Both the position numbers and the translations under genes were made by a program. Of a stretch of 50,051 bases of DNA, positions 43,418-50,051 are shown one piece after another. The notes under the pieces were generated by a model that was not told the origin of the DNA, searched no databases, and worked only from the letters and a program-made list of their open reading frames with translations. Source of the DNA: an uncultured Muribaculaceae bacterium (GTDB taxonomy: Bacteria > Bacillota_I > Bacilli_A > RF39 > UBA660); contig CAZNQV010000002.1 in NCBI GenBank assembly GCA_964575655.1, positions 1-50,051 on the forward strand, written 5' to 3'. Numbering within the stretch: the stretch's first letter is position 1; each line of letters opens with the position of its first letter.

Positions 43418-44896
43418 ATGAGAAATTTTACAGAACAAGAATTAGTAAGAAGAGAAAAAGCGTCAGCATTACGAGAAATGGGCATTGATCCTTTTGGACA
43501 TCGTTTTGATGTAGATTCAGACAGTAAAACTATATTGGAAGAATATGGTGAAATGTCGGCTGAAGAATTACAAGAAAAAGATGTACATGTTGTGATTGCT
43601 GGAAGAATTATGACTAAACGAGGCAAAGGAAAAGCTGGATTTATTAATATTCAAGATAAGTTTGGGCAAATTCAAATTTATGTAAAAATTGATAATATTG
43701 GTGAAGAAGCATATGATATTTTTGAAAAATCTGATTTAGGAGATATTGTTGGTATAAAAGGTACTATTATGCGCACCCATATGGGAGAATTAAGTGTTAG
43801 GGCATTGGAATACATTCACTTAGTTAAAGCATTAAGACCATTACCTGATAAATTTCATGGACTAGTTGATACAGAAGAACGCTTTAGAAGAAGATATGTT
43901 GATTTAATTATGAATGAAGATGCAAGAAGAGTAGCATTTACAAGACCTAGGATTATTAGATATATTCAAAAGTTTTTAGATGATTTAGGTTATGTTGAAG
44001 TTGAAACACCGGTACTTGGTACAATACTTGGTGGAGCTAATGCAAGACCTTTTGTAACACATCATAATGCTTTAGATATTGATATGTATTTAAGAATTGC
44101 GACTGAACTACCACTAAAAAGATTATTAGTTGGTGGAATGGATGCTGTTTATGAAATAGGTAGATTATTTAGGAATGAGGGAATGGATAAAAATCATAAT
44201 CCTGAATTTACAACAATCGAATTGTATAAAGCTTATAGTGATTTAGAGGGTATGATGGAAGTTGCTGAAAACTTATTTAGTGGTTTAGCAATGGAAATAT
44301 TAGGTAAATATGACTTTGATTGGCGTGGTCACCATATTTCTTTGGAAAAGGGATATAAAAGGGTTCATATGGTAGATGCCATAAAGGAACAGACAGGGAT
44401 TGATTTCTTTAAAGTAACTAGTACAGAAGAAGCTAAAAAGTTAGCTGAAGAGCATCATGTTGAAATTGAAGAACACTATGAATATGGACACATAGTAAAT
44501 GCCTTTTTTGAAAAATATGTTGAAGAAACATTAATTCAACCAACTTTTGTATATGGTCACCCAATTGAAATAAGCCCATTAGCTAAGAAAAATGATAAAG
44601 ATCCAAGATTTACTGAAAGATTTGAATTATTTATTGTAGGAAGTGAATATGGTAACGCATTTACTGAATTAAATGATCCAATAGATCAATATGAAAGATT
44701 TGAATCACAAATTAAAGAAAAAGAACTTGGTAACGATGAAGCTAATGAAATGGATTTAGATTATGTTGAGGCGTTAGAATATGGAATGCCACCAGCTGGC
44801 GGAATGGGAATAGGAATTGATCGATTAATTATGATGCTAACGAATAGTGAAACAATTAGAGAAGTAATTCTATTTCCAACAATGAAATTAAAATAA
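43418..44896 (+). CDS. lysS: Lysyl-tRNA synthetase, class II
   Basis: 492 aa. '[10 protein letters not shown]', '[20 protein letters not shown]', '[14 protein letters not shown]'. Confidence 0.95.
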   Translation: MRNFTEQELVRREKASALREMGIDPFGHRFDVDSDSKTILEEYGEMSAEELQEKDVHVVIAGRIMTKRGKGKAGFINIQDKFGQIQIYVKIDNIGEEAYDIFEKSDLGDIVGIKGTIMRTHMGELSVRALEYIHLVKALRPLPDKFHGLVDTEERFRRRYVDLIMNEDARRVAFTRPRIIRYIQKFLDDLGYVEVETPVLGTILGGANARPFVTHHNALDIDMYLRIATELPLKRLLVGGMDAVYEIGRLFRNEGMDKNHNPEFTTIELYKAYSDLEGMMEVAENLFSGLAMEILGKYDFDWRGHHISLEKGYKRVHMVDAIKEQTGIDFFKVTSTEEAKKLAEEHHVEIEEHYEYGHIVNAFFEKYVEETLIQPTFVYGHPIEISPLAKKNDKDPRFTERFELFIVGSEYGNAFTELNDPIDQYERFESQIKEKELGNDEANEMDLDYVEALEYGMPPAGGMGIGIDRLIMMLTNSETIREVILFPTMKLK

Positions 44897-44942
44897 TTAA
44901 TGATATTGATTCTTTTTCGAAAAATAGTTACTCAGAATAAAT

Positions 44943-44970
44943 AAAAAAGTAGGTTTTCACCTATTTTTTT
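44943..44970 (+). terminator. Rho-independent terminator after lysS
   Basis: AAAAGTAGGT / ACCTATTTTT stem, TTTC loop, then a T-run. Confidence 0.75.
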
Positions 44971-45040
44971 CATTTTTTATTACATTTTACTTTATTTTAC
45001 ATTAAAATGGTGTCATAATTATCTTAGAGGAGGTTTTTTA

Positions 45041-46465
45041 ATGAAAAAAAATAGTTTATTTAAGGTGCTTGGCATCACTTTTCTAGTTGCAGTTTTGTTA
45101 ACTTGGATATTACCTACTGCTGAATATGCTAGTACATTAACAGTTGGCGATAGAGTTCCTATGGGTTTATTTGATATTTTTACATATCCGTTATATTCAC
45201 TAGGTTATTTTGCTGGGATAGTATTATTCTTATTAGCTGTTGGTGGATTATATGGTGTGTTAGAGAAAACAACTGTTTATCCAAAGTTTTTAGATAAGAT
45301 TGCAACTAAATTAAAAGGAAAGGAACATTGGCTTTTAATTGTTTCTGCAGTTTTATTTGCTTTACTTGCATCATTAACAGGATTAAATTTTGGGTTATTT
45401 ATGGTATTCCCATTTGTTATCGCTGTTGTAGTTGCTTTAGGGTATGATAAACTTACAGCTTTATCAGTGACTTTAGGGGCAACTATAGTTGGTATGTTTG
45501 GTGCGACATTCTCACCATCTCTTTTAAAGTTTGTTAATACTAACTTAGGGGTTGCTTATACTGATGAAATTATTGCTAAAATTGTTTTATTCGTATTGGG
45601 GCTTGCTTTATTATTAGCATTTGTACTAATGTATGCTAGAAAACAAGTAGCAAAAGCGGAAAAAACAAAGAAAATTAAAGCTGAAAAGAAAAAAGAAAAA
45701 GTAAAGGTAAAAAAAGAAAAACCATATATATGGCCGTTAGTTTTGATATTAAGTATTTTGTTAATACTTGTTATTGCAGGAGCAATAGATTTCAATACAG
45801 GTGAATGGTTTACTAATTTACACACAAAGATTATGGCAGTTAACATTAAAGAATGGCCAATATTTGCAAGAATACTTGGTGGCATTCCTGCTGTTGGATC
45901 ATGGTTAGTTGATACATATGGTAATCCAAATTATTCAACTTACACCGTATTTATAGTTATGGCTAGTATTATAATAGCTCTTATTAATAGAGTTAAATTT
46001 GATGATTTACTAGAAAATTTCTGTGATGGTGCTAAAAAAATGGTTGTTCCATCTGCCTTATGTATGTTGGCATATACAATAGTAATAATTACAGTATATA
46101 ATCCAGTTTTCTTAAATATTACTGATTTTGTGGCAAGTATTACTGGTAAGTTTAATGTTGCAACTAGTGGATTAGCAATGTTAATTGGTAGCATATTTAA
46201 TCCTGATATGTATTATTATGGTTATAGTCAATTAATATATTATGCTGATTTAATTGATGATAGTTCACTATATCCATTACTTTCAATGATGTTTACAAGC
46301 TTACATAGCTTAATGTCATTAATAATGCCAACTGGAATACTTCTACTAGCATCATTAAGTTATACTGATGTTTCATGGACTAAATGGATGAAATTCATTT
46401 GGAAAGTGTTCTTAGGCTTATTAGTAATTTCATTTATAACATTTACAATTGTATTGTTAGTGTAA
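45041..46465 (+). CDS. Polytopic membrane transporter, YfcC/DcuC-like (putative basic amino acid or C4-dicarboxylate carrier family)
   Basis: 474 aa with at least 10 TM segments. The N-terminus 'FKVLGITFLVAVLLTWILPTAEY' resembles YfcC-family starts. A central Lys-rich loop is present. The family call is tentative. Confidence 0.45.
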   Translation: MKKNSLFKVLGITFLVAVLLTWILPTAEYASTLTVGDRVPMGLFDIFTYPLYSLGYFAGIVLFLLAVGGLYGVLEKTTVYPKFLDKIATKLKGKEHWLLIVSAVLFALLASLTGLNFGLFMVFPFVIAVVVALGYDKLTALSVTLGATIVGMFGATFSPSLLKFVNTNLGVAYTDEIIAKIVLFVLGLALLLAFVLMYARKQVAKAEKTKKIKAEKKKEKVKVKKEKPYIWPLVLILSILLILVIAGAIDFNTGEWFTNLHTKIMAVNIKEWPIFARILGGIPAVGSWLVDTYGNPNYSTYTVFIVMASIIIALINRVKFDDLLENFCDGAKKMVVPSALCMLAYTIVIITVYNPVFLNITDFVASITGKFNVATSGLAMLIGSIFNPDMYYYGYSQLIYYADLIDDSSLYPLLSMMFTSLHSLMSLIMPTGILLLASLSYTDVSWTKWMKFIWKVFLGLLVISFITFTIVLLV

Positions 46466-46467
46466 TA

Positions 46468-46494
46468 AAAAGAGCAAAATATTTGCTCTTTTTT
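46468..46494 (+). terminator. Rho-independent terminator
   Basis: AGAGCAAA / TTTGCTCT stem, short loop, then T6. Confidence 0.85.
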
Positions 46495-46557
46495 GTTGCA
46501 ATAATTTTTGTTAAAAAACTTCATATCTACATAAACTATTTATAAGGAGATGAAGAT

Positions 46558-48849
46558 ATGTTTTCAAAGTTTAGTGAAGAAGCAAAAAAAATATTAATTG
46601 AAGCAAAGAAAGAAATGCAGGAACTAAAACATCCTTATGTTGGTAGCGAGCATGTGATGTTAGCTTTATTAAAAGATAAAGATAACGAATATATTAATAA
46701 ATTAAAGAAGTATAAATTAAATTACAAGAGTTTTAAAGATGAGTTAATTAAGATAGTTGGAATTGGCAAAGAGGCGAGTTCTTTATTTTTGTATACACCT
46801 TTGTTGAAGAATGTGATTGCGAATGCAGTTTGTGACAGTGAAGATAAAGGTAAAGATATGGTTGATACCACTGATCTGTTGTTTGCAATATTCGATGAAG
46901 GTGATGGAGTTGCAATAAGAATCATTGCAGGGATGGGGATTAATATTGAAGACATATATAATGATTTGATAAATGATTTTGTTAAACCTAATAAAAAAGG
47001 TAAATTATATATTGATGGGTTTGGTATAGATTTGAATAAGAAGGTTCTGGATAATGAAATTGATCCAGTTGTAGGTAGAGAAAAAGAAATATTGCGCTTA
47101 ATGGAGGTATTAGGACGCAGAACGAAGAATAATCCATTATTATTGGGTGATGCTGGAGTTGGAAAAACGGCAATTGTTGAAGAATTGGCGCGACGAATAG
47201 TGGAAAATAGAGTTGGTAATGGCTTAAAAGGCAAGAGAATTGTTTCGGTTTCAATGGCTGGATTAGTTGCAGGGACTAAATATCGTGGTGAATTCGAAGA
47301 ACGAATTGGTAAAATAATTAGTGAATTAGAAAACAATAGCAATATTATTCTATTTATAGATGAGATTCATACTTTAGTTGGAGCTGGTGGAGCAGAGGGG
47401 GCAATTGATGCTTCAAATATTTTAAAACCGGCATTAGCTCGCGGAAAAATTAAAATTATTGGAGCTACTACGGTTGATGAATATAAAAAATACATTGCGG
47501 ATGATAAGGCGTTAGATAGAAGATTTCAAATTGTTGATATTGAAGAGCCTAGTCTTGAAGAAACAGAAAGCATTTTGTTAAAGCTAAAACCGATTTATGA
47601 AAGTTATCACCATGTTAGTATTAATAAACAGATAATTAAAGATATATTAACTTTATCAGATAAATATTTATATGATCGTAGGCGCCCAGATAAAGTAATT
47701 GATGTTTTAGATGAGGTATGCTCTAAAGTATCTATTTCACGAATTAGTGAAGAAAATGACTTAGAAAGATTAAATAGGGATTATTTATTGATAAAAAATT
47801 TAAAAAACAATGCTGTTATTAATAACGATTTTAAAGGAGCTGCAGTTTATAAAAAGCAGGAATTAGAAATTGAAGATAAGATAAATAAGTTAGAATTAGA
47901 ACAATATAAAAAGCAAAATGTTAAAATAGTTAGTAAAGAAGATGTATTAAGTGTAATTGAGTCAAAATCTAAAATACCAATATTTGATGGTAATTATGTA
48001 GAATCTATTAATAATATGAAAAAAAGTTTGAAAAAAAGTATTATTGGTCAAGATGAAACGATTAATAAACTGTGTGAGATTACTAAAATAATTAGAATGG
48101 GTATTCATAAAAACGGAAAGCCAATGTCAATATTATTGACAGGATCAACCGGAGTTGGTAAAACTTATTTAGCAAAAAAATATACAGAATTGTTACTTAA
48201 TAAAGATAATTTAATTAGATTAGATATGAGTGAATACAAAGAAGCACATAGTATTAGTAAAATAATTGGTTCACCACCGGGATATGTTGGTTATCAGGAA
48301 AACAAGAATATTTTAGAAGAGGTGAAAGATAAACCATATGCAGTTATTTTGCTTGATGAAATTGATAAGGCTCACAATGATATTTTACAATTGTTTCTAC
48401 AAATACTAGATGAGGGTAAAATAAAAAATTCTAAAGGTGAAATTGTTAGATTTGATCATAATACTATTATTATGACAGCGAATATAACTGGTAATAAATC
48501 AGTAGGTTTTGCTCATGATAAAACTTTGATGTTCGAAGATGATTTAAAAGAAAAAATAGGCTTAGAAATAATTAATCGTATCAATGTTATTCAACATATG
48601 AATGATTTAGGTGAAAGTGATATTAAAAAGATTGTTGAAAATAAGATTAAACAAATTATTAGCAAATATCATAACATTAAAATTAATATAGCAAATTCTA
48701 TTGTTGATGAAATAGTTTTATCAACTAAATATAATAAATTTGGAGCTAGACAAGTTGATAATCTGGTGGCAAATTATATAGAGAGTAAAATTGTTGATGC
48801 ACTTTTATTAGGAAATAATTATGTTGATATTGATATCTTAAAAGTATAA
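46558..48849 (+). CDS. clpC: ATP-dependent Clp protease ATP-binding subunit ClpC-type (class I AAA+)
   Basis: 763 aa. Clp_N repeat '[14 protein letters not shown]'. D1 Walker A '[12 protein letters not shown]'. D2 Walker A '[12 protein letters not shown]'. 'SPPGYVGY'. ClpP-docking-like 'SVGFA'. No ctsR/mcsA/mcsB upstream. Confidence 0.9.
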   Translation: MFSKFSEEAKKILIEAKKEMQELKHPYVGSEHVMLALLKDKDNEYINKLKKYKLNYKSFKDELIKIVGIGKEASSLFLYTPLLKNVIANAVCDSEDKGKDMVDTTDLLFAIFDEGDGVAIRIIAGMGINIEDIYNDLINDFVKPNKKGKLYIDGFGIDLNKKVLDNEIDPVVGREKEILRLMEVLGRRTKNNPLLLGDAGVGKTAIVEELARRIVENRVGNGLKGKRIVSVSMAGLVAGTKYRGEFEERIGKIISELENNSNIILFIDEIHTLVGAGGAEGAIDASNILKPALARGKIKIIGATTVDEYKKYIADDKALDRRFQIVDIEEPSLEETESILLKLKPIYESYHHVSINKQIIKDILTLSDKYLYDRRRPDKVIDVLDEVCSKVSISRISEENDLERLNRDYLLIKNLKNNAVINNDFKGAAVYKKQELEIEDKINKLELEQYKKQNVKIVSKEDVLSVIESKSKIPIFDGNYVESINNMKKSLKKSIIGQDETINKLCEITKIIRMGIHKNGKPMSILLTGSTGVGKTYLAKKYTELLLNKDNLIRLDMSEYKEAHSISKIIGSPPGYVGYQENKNILEEVKDKPYAVILLDEIDKAHNDILQLFLQILDEGKIKNSKGEIVRFDHNTIIMTANITGNKSVGFAHDKTLMFEDDLKEKIGLEIINRINVIQHMNDLGESDIKKIVENKIKQIISKYHNIKINIANSIVDEIVLSTKYNKFGARQVDNLVANYIESKIVDALLLGNNYVDIDILKV

Positions 48850-48873
48850 CACATTATTTTGTGTTAATTTTTT
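48847..48873 (+). terminator. Rho-independent terminator after clpC
   Basis: TAACAC / GTGTTA stem, 8-nt loop, then ATTTTTT. Confidence 0.55.
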
Positions 48874-48885
48874 CGTGATTAATAA

Positions 48886-48914
48886 TTGCATTAAACTCTT
48901 TAAAATGGTATGAT
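48886..48914 (+). promoter_or_regulatory. Sigma-A-type promoter candidate for the 48947 gene
   Basis: TTGCAT (48886-91), a 17-nt spacer, then TGgTATGAT (48906-14). Confidence 0.5.
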
Positions 48915-48946
48915 AATATCAAGATAATAGGTTTGGAGAATAGTTT

Positions 48947-50051
48947 ATGGCTAAGATGAAACAAACATTAATGAAACAAGTAAAAACTATTTATATATAC
49001 TATGTTGTGGTGATGGGATTAGTAATGTTGCTAGTCAATTTTTCATATGCAATATTTCAGGTTACTACTATGAGAAATGGTGCCTTATCTTTGATTACAC
49101 TAAGTAATTATGTAACAATTACCAGCAATATATCTGCTTTAACGACTACTGGGATAACAGTGCCGGCAAATAATACGGTTGTTGCTAAAGTAACTTTAGA
49201 AAATATTAGTAGCTTTGATTTAGCGTATCGTACTTTGTATGCTGGAAATGCAAATATAAGTGTGGCAGCGATGACAAATGGCTCAGATACACTGACTGGA
49301 ACATTAACAAAATACATTGGAAATGACGCTGATAAAGAATTAGTGTTAGTTATAAAAAACAATGGTTCAAGTAATACAACTGTAAGAATATTGAATGAAT
49401 TTGTGCAAAATGGTTCAAATTTCTCATCAATTCCAGATGGATTATATGCAATAACTAGTACAACTGCAAATGCTGAATATACATATACAGGTAGTTATCA
49501 GGAAATAACAATACCTAAGTCGGGATGGTATGAAATAGAAGCTTGGGGCGCCCAGGGTGGAGGAAATACGACAGGAGGAAAGGGCGGCTACACAGAAGGT
49601 AAGGTAGAATTACAGCAGGGGGAAAAATTATATATATATGTAGGTAATCAACCGGCAAGAACAGAAAATGCATATAATGGTGGTGGTGAGGCTAATAACA
49701 CTTATTATCCTACAGATGATGGTGGAGGAGCCACAGATATAAGATATTTCGGTGATACTAACCCTGACAGTGCAGATTTAACAGATGAATTATCCACTTT
49801 AGGGCTTAATTCAAGAATAATGGTTGCTGCAGGTGGCGGTGGTTTTGAAGCTGCTTCTGGTGGAGCACAAGGTGGCCATGGTGGAGGATTAACTGGTTCA
49901 AATGGTAGCTATACCGGTACTATTGGTTCTTATAAACCACCTACTGGTGGAACACAAATTAAAGGTGGAAATAAAGATACTAATACAAATTTTGTATCAG
50001 AAGATGGAGAATTTGGAAAAGGTGGAAATGGTGAACCAGAATATGGTGGCG
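48947..50051 (+). CDS. SipW-class signal peptide, N-terminal module, then ALK/LTK-type glycine-rich domain (second paralogue, 3'-truncated by the window end)
   Basis: Missing from the ORF track because it has no stop codon within the window. My own translation from the ATG at 48947 (GGAGAA RBS): 'MAKMKQTLMKQVKTIYIYYVVVMGLVMLLVNFSYA|IFQVTT...EYTYTGSYQEITIPKSGWYEIEAWGAQGGG...GEKLYIYVGNQ...DDGGGATDIRYFG...LGLNSRIMVAAGGGGFE...'. It stays open to base 50051. Confidence 0.8.
   Translation, partial: MAKMKQTLMKQVKTIYIYYVVVMGLVMLLVNFSYAIFQVTTMRNGALSLITLSNYVTITSNISALTTTGITVPANNTVVAKVTLENISSFDLAYRTLYAGNANISVAAMTNGSDTLTGTLTKYIGNDADKELVLVIKNNGSSNTTVRILNEFVQNGSNFSSIPDGLYAITSTTANAEYTYTGSYQEITIPKSGWYEIEAWGAQGGGNTTGGKGGYTEGKVELQQGEKLYIYVGNQPARTENAYNGGGEANNTYYPTDDGGGATDIRYFGDTNPDSADLTDELSTLGLNSRIMVAAGGGGFEAASGGAQGGHGGGLTGSNGSYTGTIGSYKPPTGGTQIKGGNKDTNTNFVSEDGEFGKGGNGEPEYGG

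Noticed and set aside
46722-47342. 206-aa minus-strand ORF, together with the 88-aa ORF at 46988..47254, within clpC.
   Set aside because: These are antisense shadows of a highly conserved AAA+ gene, with no RBS and no recognisable motifs.
49108-49362. 84-aa minus-strand ORF, the only ORF the track lists after clpC.
   Set aside because: It is antisense to a much longer open + frame (48947 to the window end). That frame has a promoter, an RBS, a signal peptide and clear homology to the 31290 protein.

Overview
AT-rich (about 30% GC by eye) chromosomal segment that uses the standard genetic code: TGA acts as a stop and Trp is TGG. It looks like a low-GC Bacillota (Firmicutes) genome with endospore-former gene content. 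About 50 protein genes are tightly packed, and all but one lie on the + strand. The first half is the classic origin-proximal block: rpmH-rnpA-yidC-jag-mnmE-mnmG-rsmG-noc-soj-spo0J, then ychF-rpsF-ssb-rpsR-DHH-rplI-dnaB. It is preceded by a T-box-controlled argS rather than by dnaA. The second half is a compacted version of the Bacillus 'yab' region: tatD-yabE-like, ksgA-yabG-veg, spoVG-yabP-yabQ-divIC-tilS-ftsH, dusB, T-box lysS, clpC. I saw no rRNA, tRNA, CRISPR array or mobile element.

The accessory content is the interesting part.
1. A SipW-type (archaeal/ER-type) signal peptidase operon at 25.3-29.4 kb. It carries three divergent paralogues of a secreted, Thr/Ala/Gly-rich, TasA-like module and two unknown membrane proteins. 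It sits between the yabE-like gene and ksgA.
2. Two further, separately promoted genes (31290..32939, and 48947 to the window end). Each has the same SipW-class signal motif, S-[YF]-A|x-[FY]-[TQ]. The first has a clear copy of the module, the second only a weakly similar N-terminal region. Each is fused to a large ALK/LTK-type glycine-rich (polyglycine-II) domain.
Together these look like an uncharacterised SipW-dependent fibre, matrix or adhesin system.

Other oddities:
- a Noc-like protein with a long disordered insert and no N-terminal membrane helix;
- an orphan pair between dusB and lysS, made of an unannotated 51-aa acidic ORF and a 486-aa protein;
- a membrane-anchored BspA-type LRR protein;
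- FtsH with a Rho_N/SAP-like tail.

All functional calls come from motif recognition by eye. No database search was possible.
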